Source of the DNA: Spirochaetia bacterium
GTDB lineage: Bacteria; Spirochaetota; Spirochaetia; DSM-16054; Sediminispirochaetaceae
Assembly (NCBI GenBank): GCA_034520965.1
Contig: JAXHMY010000007.1
Location: forward strand, 128,001-192,000
DNA length: 64,000 bases
Direction: 5' to 3'
A program made the translations under genes and the position numbers. Positions 53,250 through 63,122 of this stretch are shown here, piece after piece (the first letter of the stretch is position 1; each line of letters starts with the position of its first letter). The notes beneath the pieces were generated by a model. It was not told the origin of the DNA. It worked only from the letters and a program-made list of their open reading frames with translations, and made no database searches.

Positions 53250-53840
53250 ATGGACACTTACAATCTTTCATTTACTTTCGGTGGTTTACTGCTTGCCGAA
53301 TCGACGGAAATTGCGCATGCATTCGTACAGACTGAGGACTGGGCAGTGGTGCGACAGAGGGTGATGAATGAAAACATACTACAAAAAACACGAATGCGGA
53401 GCAGAAAACGTTATTACGAAGGCTTATCGAAGAGATTCAAGGCGGCGTACCAATGGGAATTAGAGTATATAGCCAATGCCGAGTTAGAAACGAAAAAAGT
53501 TGTTCTGTTTTTGATTGCGTGTCGTAATTATGAGTTCATTCGTAATTTCTACATTGAGGTGGTGCGAAAAAAGCTGCAGGAGAATGATTTCACCCTGCTT
53601 GAATATGAGTATCATGCTTTTTTTGAGCATAAGCTTGAAGAACACCCGGAACTTAATGCATTGTCCGACAGCAGCAGAAAAAAGATAAGAGAAATTGTGC
53701 TGAAGGTGCATCGAGAGGCCGGAATTATGGATAAAGCAAAAGGCAAAACAAAGCTCCTGTTTCCGCTTGTTCCGCAGGAAATGAGGGAGTTGTATAAAAG
53801 GAACGGCGCGGAGGATGAGTTAGAGATTCTGTTGTTCTAA
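53250..53840 (+). CDS. brxA: BREX protein BrxA (DUF1819)
   Basis: YNLSFTFGGLLLAES, ENILQ; directly upstream of brxB-brxC. Confidence 0.88.
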   Translation: MDTYNLSFTFGGLLLAESTEIAHAFVQTEDWAVVRQRVMNENILQKTRMRSRKRYYEGLSKRFKAAYQWELEYIANAELETKKVVLFLIACRNYEFIRNFYIEVVRKKLQENDFTLLEYEYHAFFEHKLEEHPELNALSDSSRKKIREIVLKVHREAGIMDKAKGKTKLLFPLVPQEMRELYKRNGAEDELEILLF

Positions 53841-53879
53841 GTGTGAACGTATAACTGAAGGTAAAAAAGAGGGGCTGAA

Positions 53880-54494
53880 GTGACGTCTTACAATATTAAT
53901 TTCGAAAACATCTACCACATAGTCAGCAACGAGAAGTTTCTGCGAATGGAAGGTCTGGGGAATGAGGTTCCGTTTTTTATTCAGACCTACGATATAAAGC
54001 TGCAAGACAAGGTCTATTCCGAGATACATACGCTGAGTAAGCGCCTCGAGACACACGGAATCTCGGTCCTAACTGTAGGTATATATGATGTTGCCATAGA
54101 TTACCTGCAGGAAAGTGGAAAGCTTGAGAAACTGTTTAAGGCGGAGCAAAGAACAGATAAAGCGAAATTCGAGCGTGAGCTTGGGAATAAAATTCTCAAT
54201 CCGCAGAAAATTATAGTACCGCGGATGATGGACATGCGGAGAGAGGCGGAAGCTCAATTGATACTGCTCCATCAGGTGGGCGAGGTTTTTCCGTATATCC
54301 GCACACATACATTGCTGCAGCAACTGCAGAATCATTTTAGCGATATTCCTTTGGTACTTTTTTACCCGGGGGAATATGTGACCTCATATCAGGAGGGTTT
54401 TTACCTGTCACTGTTCGGCGATCCGAACTTCAAAGGTGATTACTACCGTGCATTCAAATTAGAAGATTACAAAATTCGTGGGAGGATAGAATAG
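53880..54494 (+). CDS. brxB: BREX protein BrxB (DUF1788)
   Basis: FLRMEGLGNEVPFFI, VFPYIRTH, LVLFYPGEY, YYRAF. Confidence 0.92.
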   Translation: MTSYNINFENIYHIVSNEKFLRMEGLGNEVPFFIQTYDIKLQDKVYSEIHTLSKRLETHGISVLTVGIYDVAIDYLQESGKLEKLFKAEQRTDKAKFERELGNKILNPQKIIVPRMMDMRREAEAQLILLHQVGEVFPYIRTHTLLQQLQNHFSDIPLVLFYPGEYVTSYQEGFYLSLFGDPNFKGDYYRAFKLEDYKIRGRIE

Positions 54495-57400
54495 ATGGCG
54501 AGGCTTGGCGATATTCTGGTTCGCGATATACACCGTACAATTGACGGGGTTATCAAGGCTGATGATAAAACGCATATTTTACAAGAGGTTGATGAGTATG
54601 TGCTGACCAATGAGATACAGAAGTATCTCGATAAGGTGATGCGAGGGTACCGGGATTCGATTGAGAGAAGCCAAACCAACTCTCCATATCCCTGGAACGG
54701 AGTATGGATCAGCGGGTATTTTGGATCCGGTAAATCCCATCTTCTCAAGATTCTCTCCTATATTTTAGACAATCAAACAGTGGACGGAGAGTCGCTGTTG
54801 AAAAAGTTTCTCCCCAAAGTGCGTGATGACATAGTACGGGGAGATTTCGAGCAGGCGGCCAGGATCCCCTCGGTGAGCATCCTGTTCAATATTGACCAAC
54901 AGGCGGATGCGGCTAAATCGAAGGATGAAAATGCCCTGTTGTTTATCTTTGAGAAGGTATTCAACCGCATGCGGGGTTTTTTAGAGGATGATCCGGTCAT
55001 TGCCAATTTTGAGGAAGACCTTTCAAAAAAGGAGCGTTACGAGGAGTTCAAAGCATTCTACCAGCAGCGAAATGGGGTGAGCTGGGTTGAGGATCGCAGC
55101 GACGTGATGCTTTTAGAGCAAGACCGCTTTGCCGAAACATGGATGGAGTTTGATGGGTGTAGCCGCGAAGAGGCCGGTCGCTTGCTGGAGCGTTACGAAA
55201 ACTCATATTCGCTTTCCGTAGAGGGGTTTGCAAAACGGGTAAAAAGCTGGCTGGATGCCCAGGATGATTCTCGTTTTCGGCTCAATTTTTTTATTGATGA
55301 GGTGGGGCAGTTTATAACCGGATATCCCCGGCTTACTCTGAACTTACAGACGATTGCCGAATCTCTGGGAACTATTTGTCAGGGCCGGGTATGGATATTC
55401 GTCACCAGCCAGGAGAGTCTGAATACTGTGGTGGGGGACAGTAACACCGAGCAGTCATACGACTTTTCAAAAATACGCGATCGGTTTCATTTTCGAATTC
55501 CTCTCAGTTCTGCCGACGTAAAAGAGGTCATTCAGCGGAGGCTTCTGGAGAAAAACGAAGAGGGGCGTGAGAAGCTTGGCGAGCTGTTTATGCATGAGCG
55601 AGAGAGTTTTAAAACCCTGTTCAGCTTTCAGCAGGGGGTAAAGGAGCTGCATTTCAAGGGTAAGGAAGATTTTATTCTCTCGTATCCCTTTCAGGCTTAC
55701 CAGTATCATTTGCTGCAGCAGGCCTTAAAAGGACTTTCGGAGCACAATGCGTTTATGGGCCGGCATGTCTCGCGGGGTGAGCGTTCGATGTTGGAGATAT
55801 TTCAAGATGTCGGCCGTGATATAGAGAGTAAAGAGCTGTTTACCTGGGCGGCCTTTGACCAGATGTTTGCGGGGATTCGAAATACCTTACAGAGTTCGCT
55901 GCTCAATGCGATAAACCTGGCCGAGCGCAATATTGACAAGCAAATGGCGGTGCGGCTGCTAAAAATCCTGCTCCTAGTAAAATACATAAAGGATTTTACC
56001 GCGACCGTAGACCACCTTTCTGTACTGCTACTTTCTAATATGGATCAGGATTTAGCAAAACTGAAAGAGGAGGTGCGCGAAGCACTAAACCTGCTCGAGC
56101 GTCAAAGCTATATCGAGCGCCATGGTGAGGAGTATGAATACCTTACCAACGAAGAGAAGGACGTAGAGGAGGAGATTAAAAACGCCCATGTGGATATCGA
56201 TGAGATGCGCAAATTCTTTGACGATGTTATTTTTGGCAGTGTTATCAAGGGCAGCAAGATTCGCTACGGTGAAAATGGTCAGGACTATCCCTTTCGTAAA
56301 TTGATCGACGGAGAGTCGATGAAGTCCGGTACGCATGCCGATATCTCAATCAATATTATCAGCCCCTTTCATCCGAACACCGGTGATAAAAACACTATTC
56401 TCCAGCAGTCTGTCGGTAAAAAAGAGATGCTGGTGTTTCTTGTTACCGAGCCGCGCTTTGCCGGGGACCTTACCCTGTACTTCAAAACCCAAAATTACAT
56501 TCAAAAAAAGCAGGGTCATGTGAGCAACGCCACCCGTAAGCGCATCATTTCGGATAAACAAAACCGAAATTATGAGCGGCGTGATCAGTTGACCCGTGAG
56601 ATGAGAGATGCCCTGGAAACTGCCGAGATATACGCCTTCGACAGTAAGCTGGATATAGGAAAAAAGAGTCCCAAGGACAGAATTGAAGAGGCCTTTCAGC
56701 TGTTTATACAGACTGCTTATCCGTATCTGGGTATGCTGAAAAATACCTACTCGGAAGATCAGTTGTCCAAAATTCTTTTTCCCAGCGATGCCGATGCCCT
56801 GGACGGATCCGGCGGATTAGCTATGCAGGAGGATGAAAAGGAGCTGTACAACTATATTGTGAGAGTTGATGCGGGAAATGAGAAGGTGGTGCTGAGCAGC
56901 CTGATGTATGAGTTTCAGGGTGGTCAGCATGGGTGGTACCCGTTTGCCATTCTCTGCCTGGTGGCCAAGCTCTACATGCGGGATGCAATTGAGATTTTCA
57001 TCGGAACCAAGCCACAGGATACTGCACGGGTATACGATATTCTGCGGAAAAATCGTGATCTCGAGCAGGTGGTAATCAAGCCGGCGGCTCAGTTTCGGGA
57101 TGAAGAGGTAGAGGCATTAAAACGTTTCTATAAAGAGTTTTTTCTGTTCAACAGCACCAAGGAGAAGGGGAAGGAAGTTGCGATTGAATTCAAAAAATCG
57201 CTCAATAATGAGCTTGAGAATGTGCAGACTTATTTAGCCCAGAAAGTTCAGTACCCTTTCTTAGAAAAATTAGAGCCCTATTACTCTCAATTGAACGAAC
57301 TTGTTCATAAAAATGAGTACAGTTATTTCTTGAAAAATAGAGAGGAGTTTGAAGAAGATCTTCTGTTTGGAAAAGAGGAGATCTATAATCCGATAGAGAA

Positions 57401-58007
57401 GTTTTTTAAGGCACAGCAGAATGAGCTGTGGAAGAACCTACGTGATTATCTCAAGACCCATGAGCCGAATCTTTCCGAACTCAATATGCAGAGCGAGGTT
57501 CAGAAGGCCTGGGACTTGCTTGATTCTGAGGAGCCCTATAAACAGAGCCGAGTAAAAAAGGCGAAGGATATTGTCGAGGCAATAAAAGAAAAAGAGAATG
57601 AGCAATTGCCTATAGTTATTAAGAAGGCGAAGGCTACAGTAGATAAGTATCTTGCTGATCTAAAGGAGATCGAAGAGTTCGACAAATTGTCTCAAGGGGA
57701 CAAGCAGGAGATTATCAAACCGTTTGAGCTGTTACGCGATAACGAGATCGAGCAGCATAGTATTTTTCCGGTGATTCGGGACAAGGCAGTTGAGAAGGGT
57801 GAACGTCTATTCGAAGAGGCCCGTGATCGAATACACACGAAGACGAACCCAGAGAAAAAGATCCTCTACGCCTCTGCCTCCGAGAAAAAGGTCAATTTTT
57901 CTAAGCCGGAGCTGGTGAGTGAAGAGGATGTAAATGCATACGCAGAACAGTTGCGAAAGCAGTATAAGAATTTGATCAAGGCAGGAAAGAGGATTGGATT
58001 GTCATAG
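54495..58007 (+). CDS. brxC: BREX P-loop ATPase BrxC
   Basis: IDGVIKADD, GVWISGYFGSGKSH, IDEVGQF, VTSQE, FSKIRDRF. Confidence 0.95.
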   Translation: MARLGDILVRDIHRTIDGVIKADDKTHILQEVDEYVLTNEIQKYLDKVMRGYRDSIERSQTNSPYPWNGVWISGYFGSGKSHLLKILSYILDNQTVDGESLLKKFLPKVRDDIVRGDFEQAARIPSVSILFNIDQQADAAKSKDENALLFIFEKVFNRMRGFLEDDPVIANFEEDLSKKERYEEFKAFYQQRNGVSWVEDRSDVMLLEQDRFAETWMEFDGCSREEAGRLLERYENSYSLSVEGFAKRVKSWLDAQDDSRFRLNFFIDEVGQFITGYPRLTLNLQTIAESLGTICQGRVWIFVTSQESLNTVVGDSNTEQSYDFSKIRDRFHFRIPLSSADVKEVIQRRLLEKNEEGREKLGELFMHERESFKTLFSFQQGVKELHFKGKEDFILSYPFQAYQYHLLQQALKGLSEHNAFMGRHVSRGERSMLEIFQDVGRDIESKELFTWAAFDQMFAGIRNTLQSSLLNAINLAERNIDKQMAVRLLKILLLVKYIKDFTATVDHLSVLLLSNMDQDLAKLKEEVREALNLLERQSYIERHGEEYEYLTNEEKDVEEEIKNAHVDIDEMRKFFDDVIFGSVIKGSKIRYGENGQDYPFRKLIDGESMKSGTHADISINIISPFHPNTGDKNTILQQSVGKKEMLVFLVTEPRFAGDLTLYFKTQNYIQKKQGHVSNATRKRIISDKQNRNYERRDQLTREMRDALETAEIYAFDSKLDIGKKSPKDRIEEAFQLFIQTAYPYLGMLKNTYSEDQLSKILFPSDADALDGSGGLAMQEDEKELYNYIVRVDAGNEKVVLSSLMYEFQGGQHGWYPFAILCLVAKLYMRDAIEIFIGTKPQDTARVYDILRKNRDLEQVVIKPAAQFRDEEVEALKRFYKEFFLFNSTKEKGKEVAIEFKKSLNNELENVQTYLAQKVQYPFLEKLEPYYSQLNELVHKNEYSYFLKNREEFEEDLLFGKEEIYNPIEKFFKAQQNELWKNLRDYLKTHEPNLSELNMQSEVQKAWDLLDSEEPYKQSRVKKAKDIVEAIKEKENEQLPIVIKKAKATVDKYLADLKEIEEFDKLSQGDKQEIIKPFELLRDNEIEQHSIFPVIRDKAVEKGERLFEEARDRIHTKTNPEKKILYASASEKKVNFSKPELVSEEDVNAYAEQLRKQYKNLIKAGKRIGLS

Positions 58008-58209
58008 AGATATTTAGATGGTGTTCATTGAGAAGAACCGAGTAGAACGTCAATTCAAGAATATAACACTGATGTTATATAGTCTCAAGGAATGTTATTA
58101 CTATTAAGATTCCAGGTATAGGATTTACCGGTAGCATGGTGACGTTATATTTAGATACCATGGTAATTACATCTATTTTAGAGGCGATGTTAAAAAAGGG
58201 AGGTTGCAG

Positions 58210-59049
58210 ATGGAAACAAACCAGCTCGAAAGCTGGACAAACAGAGGCGCAATTCAATCGTCGATAAACTCACATGAGGCCATTCGCTCTGCATTATCTT
58301 CAAGTACCGGACTATCCAATAGTAATTACGAAGTATACCTCCAGGGATCCTGATAAGAATAGTACAAATATCCGGGGAATAGCGATGTCGATGTGGTAGT
58401 ACAATTAAATAGCTGTTTCTACTCTAATCTCTCCGATTCTGAAAAATCTCAATTAGGATTAATACCAGCATCATACGGTTTAAGCGACTTTCGCCACAAT
58501 GTAATGGACGCATTGGTCAATCGATTTGGTTCAGCGAACGTTGTGCAAGGAAACAAATCAGTTAAGATACAATTTAATTCTACCGGTGTCGTGCCTGCAG
58601 ACGTCGTTGTGTGTATTGAATACCGACACTATTCAGCACTCAGGGTTTTATATACTGGAATGGGATTCCTAACCAACGCAGGACAAGAACTCATTATTAA
58701 CTATCCAAAGCTTCATTATGAAAACGGTACAAAAAAATCAGACCGAACCAGTGGGGCATATAAGAAAACCGTACGTATGTTCAAGAATGCAAACCGATAT
58801 TTTAGAGAGCGGTACCAAGCACGAACTGTTCCTTCGTATCTTATAGAATGTTCACTTTATAATATAAAAGATTCGCTGTTTAGTTTTCAGTTGAGGGATA
58901 GGTTCTACAAGATAGCGTCACTACTTGCAGAAGATGATGTGAGTAATTTTGTTTCTCAGAATGGGATAGGTACACTTTGGGGGAATCGTCCCGATCAGTT
59001 TGAAGCGAGTTTACTTCGAAAGTTCGCTTGCAATATGCAGAAACTTTAG
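58210..59049 (+). CDS. CBASS CD-NTase (CdnE-like), interrupted by a compensating indel pair at 58352-58378
   Basis: GGAGG RBS; YEVYLQGS[YKNSTNIRG]NSDVDVV, GNKSVK, ADVV, INYPKLHYENG..K, YKKTVRMFKN, SYLIE..LYN. Confidence 0.85.
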
Positions 59050-59055
59050 GGGGGG

Positions 59056-59622
59056 ATGATGCACGGATATACATATAAGACCAAAAATCGGGGCCAAACC
59101 TATTTCATTATGGTGTTTATTTCAATTGTTGCGTTTGATTTACTCAGTACCGGATTGGACAGAGCTCAGCTCGAATTCCCTTGGTACCTCTCCATACCTT
59201 CGGCTTCTGCATTATTCGGTGCAATCTACTACATGTACTCACAGTGTTTATGGAAAATGTCTATACTGGATTATCCACCATTAATAGCTGGAAGATGGAA
59301 GGGACAAGTTAATTCCTCCTGGTCAGATCACCCTACAGAGGCAACGCTTACGCTTAAACAGACTTGGAATAAGATTTCGGTACGACTGGAAACGGAATAT
59401 TCAGATTCGTATAGCCTCGGAGCTTTTTTTGCATCCGAAGGAGATACACACTTGCATTATGAGTACTTGAACACCCCAAGAAACAACTCACCGTCTACGC
59501 AGAACACTCACCACGGGACTGCAAAGATTATCCAAAAGAGCAGAACTAAGCTCATCTGCCAGTATTATAGTGACCGAGATCGTAGTAATATTGGAACTAT
59601 ATATCTTCAGAAAACTAATTAA
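59056..59622 (+). CDS. cap15: CBASS Cap15-type effector (2TM + beta-barrel)
   Basis: Two TM helices, GRWKG, QTW.KISVRLET..S.S.S, YEYLNTP, HHGT; directly after the CD-NTase. Confidence 0.85.
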   Translation: MMHGYTYKTKNRGQTYFIMVFISIVAFDLLSTGLDRAQLEFPWYLSIPSASALFGAIYYMYSQCLWKMSILDYPPLIAGRWKGQVNSSWSDHPTEATLTLKQTWNKISVRLETEYSDSYSLGAFFASEGDTHLHYEYLNTPRNNSPSTQNTHHGTAKIIQKSRTKLICQYYSDRDRSNIGTIYLQKTN

Positions 59623-59850
59623 GCGCATTTTTTAATGATGAATAACTGCGATTTGCCGGTGTTTTTGACTTTTACTTTCATTTGCCAGGTTTTCTGTATA
59701 CCAAACGGTTGGTGTTGATCTGGTATTGAATATGGCAAAAAGATTTTTAAATTGGAGAACCGAAATTAAACTGATTAAAGAATTTCTAAAAAGATCATTA
59801 AAATTAATGGGGTAAGCCAGCAGGTAAGCGATGACTAAAGAAAATGGAAT

Positions 59851-60000
59851 ATGAAATTAAATAATAAAGAAGAGTATCGTAAAGCTAACAGCATGGTTAA
59901 TTGTCTATTTGAAGTTCAGTCAGACTCAAATGATGGGATTACATAAAATAAACTCGTAGATCTTATAGCCGAATATGAGGAAGAGAATGTTCCTTTTGGG
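59851..60000 (+). pseudogene. Degenerate HigA-like N-terminal fragment
   Basis: MKLNNKEEYRKA...*NKLVDLIAEYEEENVP, similar to the 62860 ORF. Confidence 0.45.
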
Positions 60001-60062
60001 AAATATGGTTTTGATAAAAAGGTTAAACATCATATGAGTAAACAATTAAGAGGTATAAGTAT

Positions 60063-61898
60063 ATGGATTTAAACAAATTAAAAAAATTCTCCCGCAACAT
60101 GCGCGTGAAACTGATAGAACAGATTGAACAGCGTCTTAATTATGTGGTTGGGGTGGAAGATGAATATACCCGGGCGCATGCTGGTGAGATTAAGATAATT
60201 AATAAGCTCATTAATAAAGAAGGGAAGGAACAGTTTCTCGAAGAGGTTGCGTACACCTGGTTCAACAGACTTGCCGCACTTCGATATATGGATGTAAAAG
60301 GCTACAACAAGACGAAGATTGTATCGCCTTCTGAGGGAGAATCACAATCGCAGCTCCTTGCCGTGATAAAACAGGGAAAGCTGCCGGAGGAAATCAAGCG
60401 GGTATCTGATCAGGTATTCGGATATCTCGATGGCAAAATAAAGGCACAACAACCGGACCGGGAAGCATACCGCACGGCTCTGCTTGCGATGTGTAATGAT
60501 CTGGGGCGTATTCTTCCTTTTCTCTTCAAGCAGGTTGACGACTGGGCTGCTCTGCTGTTACCGACGGACCTTTTGTCTCCCCAATCTATTATTGCAGAAT
60601 TCCGTGAAGGCATGGGTGATGAGGAGTGCAGTGATGTAGAGATTATCGGCTGGCTCTATCAGTTCTATATTGCGGAGAAAAAGAACAAGGTTATCGGTGA
60701 TCTCAAGAAAAATAAAAAGATAGAAAAAGAAAATATTCCTGCTGCTACCCAGCTCTTTACTCCACATTGGATTGTCCGGTATATGACTGAAAACTCCCTT
60801 GGGCGTCTATGGATGTTGAATCGTCCAGAGTCGAAGATCATTGAAGGGATGGAATATTACATTCCATCGGAGGATATCGAGGACGATTTTCTTATAATAA
60901 GAGGCCCTGAAGAAATCAAAATCTGCGATCCTGCATGTGGAAGTGGCCATATGCTTACCTACGCGTTTGATCTTCTCTACCGAATGTATGAGGAGGATGG
61001 TTATTCGTCAGGAGAAATTCCAGAGCTTATTATCAGAAATAACCTTTATGGGCTCGAGATTGACGAGAGAGCGGGGGAGTTAGCGGCGTTTGCCCTTACG
61101 ATGAAGGCCCGCGAGAGGGATCGGTATTTTTTTAGACGTGGTTTATATCCGATGATACGGGTGCTTCATCCGGTGGATCTAAGCGATTTCTCAGAGCTGA
61201 AGGAACTTGTGAATTTCCTTTCCGGAGATGACATTGACCGCGATACGGTTCTCCATGATCTCAGGCTTTTCAAAGCGGCGGATAATTTCGGGTCACTACT
61301 AAGGCCAAGTTTAACTGAATTGGAATGTGAGAAGGCACTGAAAAGACTTGATGAGTATGAAGCAGGGTTAGCGAATCCTTCTCTGGAGGAAATGGAACTC
61401 GTAACCCGCTGCAGAAACGCTTTAGGCCATGCACGCATGCTCTCCCGGAAGTATCATGTGGTCATAGCCAATCCGCCGTATATGGGGAACAAAGGCTTAA
61501 ATAATAATCTGAAAAGTTTACTGCAGGATGAGTATTTAGATGTAAAGTCGGATCTTTTTTCAGCATTTATAGTAAGAAATACCGAACTTACATTACCACA
61601 AGGACAACTTGGTTTTATGACACCTTTTGTTTGGATGTTCATATCTTCCTATGAAAAACTACGATTATTCATGATTGATAATAAAACGATTACCTCTCTT
61701 GTTCAGTTAGAGTATTCGGGTTTTGAAGGAGCTACTGTTCCTGTATGTACCTTTACATTAGAGAATGCCCATAAACCTAAATTCCGAGGTGGGTATGTTC
61801 GATTGGCTGATTTTAAGGGAGCAGCTAAGCAGGGTCCTAAGGCATTAGAGATTATTCAGTCATATCGTGATTCAAGGAGATCAAATGATATTCACTAA
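60063..61898 (+). CDS. pglX: BREX adenine methyltransferase PglX, N-terminal half only
   Basis: EVAYTWFNR, IIGWLYQFY, IPAATQLFTPHWIV, DPACGSG, NPPY; 611 aa versus roughly 1150-1200 aa for typical PglX. Confidence 0.92.
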   Translation: MDLNKLKKFSRNMRVKLIEQIEQRLNYVVGVEDEYTRAHAGEIKIINKLINKEGKEQFLEEVAYTWFNRLAALRYMDVKGYNKTKIVSPSEGESQSQLLAVIKQGKLPEEIKRVSDQVFGYLDGKIKAQQPDREAYRTALLAMCNDLGRILPFLFKQVDDWAALLLPTDLLSPQSIIAEFREGMGDEECSDVEIIGWLYQFYIAEKKNKVIGDLKKNKKIEKENIPAATQLFTPHWIVRYMTENSLGRLWMLNRPESKIIEGMEYYIPSEDIEDDFLIIRGPEEIKICDPACGSGHMLTYAFDLLYRMYEEDGYSSGEIPELIIRNNLYGLEIDERAGELAAFALTMKARERDRYFFRRGLYPMIRVLHPVDLSDFSELKELVNFLSGDDIDRDTVLHDLRLFKAADNFGSLLRPSLTELECEKALKRLDEYEAGLANPSLEEMELVTRCRNALGHARMLSRKYHVVIANPPYMGNKGLNNNLKSLLQDEYLDVKSDLFSAFIVRNTELTLPQGQLGFMTPFVWMFISSYEKLRLFMIDNKTITSLVQLEYSGFEGATVPVCTFTLENAHKPKFRGGYVRLADFKGAAKQGPKALEIIQSYRDSRRSNDIH

Positions 61899-62820
61899 TA
61901 ACGGCGTCGTGTATTCGCGGATCGAGTTCAGGAGCGAGGAAGAAGTAGAGAATGTGGTCATCGATAACTTTAAACTTCTGTTCGGCGATTATTCCATCCT
62001 CCTGCCAAAACGGCTGATTGCAACTTCGGGTGGGAAGGGAACCATACCCGACGGTATTATCATCAATTTCGAGGAAGATCTGTGGTATATCCTTGAGGTT
62101 GAACGCGGGATCCACGGTACCTGGGAGCATATTGCGCCGCAGGTGGTAAAGCAGATAACTGCTATGCAGAACGGGGAAACCAAGAACAAGATTGTCGATA
62201 ACTGTATCAGAGAGATCGGAAAGAAAAGTGGTTTTACCGATCTGCTGGCTGAGATCGATATTCAAGAAATAGGTATTCATGGACGCTTGAATAGGATTCT
62301 CAAAAAAGAACCGATAGTGGCCTTGCCGATTGACATGATTCCCAATGATCTCGAAGAGTGGGCAAAAAGCTTGCGTGTACCGGTAAAAATTTGGCTTGTA
62401 GAAAAGTATTCCGACCTGCAGGGAAATATTCTCTACCACATACCCGATATCGAGGAGCACCTTGCGCAAGCAGAGAATGGGCTGAGTTATACTGAAGAGG
62501 AGCTTCGCAGCGGGAACCTGCTTGAGAAGGTGGTAAAGGCAGGTTTTCTCCATGATGGACAACGAGTATATATGGACTACGGGAAAAAGGGGCAGCCGAA
62601 GACCCACTTCGATGGGATAATACGAGTAGATGGCATAGATGTAGACGGTACTGTTTCTTCTCCCAGTATATCTTCACTGCGCTGTATACAATCGGTTAAT
62701 CCTGAACGGACCACTTCAAACGGCTGGGTTACCTGGAAGACAGAAGACGGCAAACTCATCGATGATGCGTATCAACGGTTTAAGGAGAGTATTCGAGAAA
62801 GTGAGAATACGGTACAATAA
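61885..62820 (+). CDS. PD-(D/E)XK-like nuclease fused to a RAMA-like domain
   Basis: SEEEVE..TIPDG..YILEVE; C-terminal LVKAGFL..G..SPS..NGWVTWK pattern; AAGGAG RBS inside the pglX 3' end. Confidence 0.65.
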   Translation: MIFTNNGVVYSRIEFRSEEEVENVVIDNFKLLFGDYSILLPKRLIATSGGKGTIPDGIIINFEEDLWYILEVERGIHGTWEHIAPQVVKQITAMQNGETKNKIVDNCIREIGKKSGFTDLLAEIDIQEIGIHGRLNRILKKEPIVALPIDMIPNDLEEWAKSLRVPVKIWLVEKYSDLQGNILYHIPDIEEHLAQAENGLSYTEEELRSGNLLEKVVKAGFLHDGQRVYMDYGKKGQPKTHFDGIIRVDGIDVDGTVSSPSISSLRCIQSVNPERTTSNGWVTWKTEDGKLIDDAYQRFKESIRESENTVQ

Positions 62821-62859
62821 GGTTTCCATGAAGGCAAAAGTTATCCTCTGGGGGTACAT

Positions 62860-63054
62860 ATGAAGCTGATAAAGAACGAGAAGGACTACGAGCAAGCACT
62901 GTCGCGAGTTGAAGAGCTCATAGACATCGAACCGCTTGAAGGGAGCGATGAGGCGGAAGAGCTTGAACTACTTGCTCTTTTAATCAACACCTATGAAGAT
63001 AAAGTTTATCCGATTAAAATACCGGATGGAACAGCAGGGTTTGACCCGCAATAG
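62860..63054 (+). pseudogene. HigA-like antitoxin N-terminal fragment lacking the HTH
   Basis: IKNEKDYEQAL..ELELLALLINTYE...YPI. Confidence 0.65.
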
Positions 63055-63122
63055 TATATGAACCAAAGTGTACTAAATTGCCGGGTGTCAATATATCTGA
63101 GAAGATGTAGGCGGTATAGCAA

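Noticed and set aside
58351..58362. TGA in the CD-NTase as selenocysteine or readthrough
   Set aside because: Followed by in-frame TAA and TAG; an indel pair restores the canonical motif
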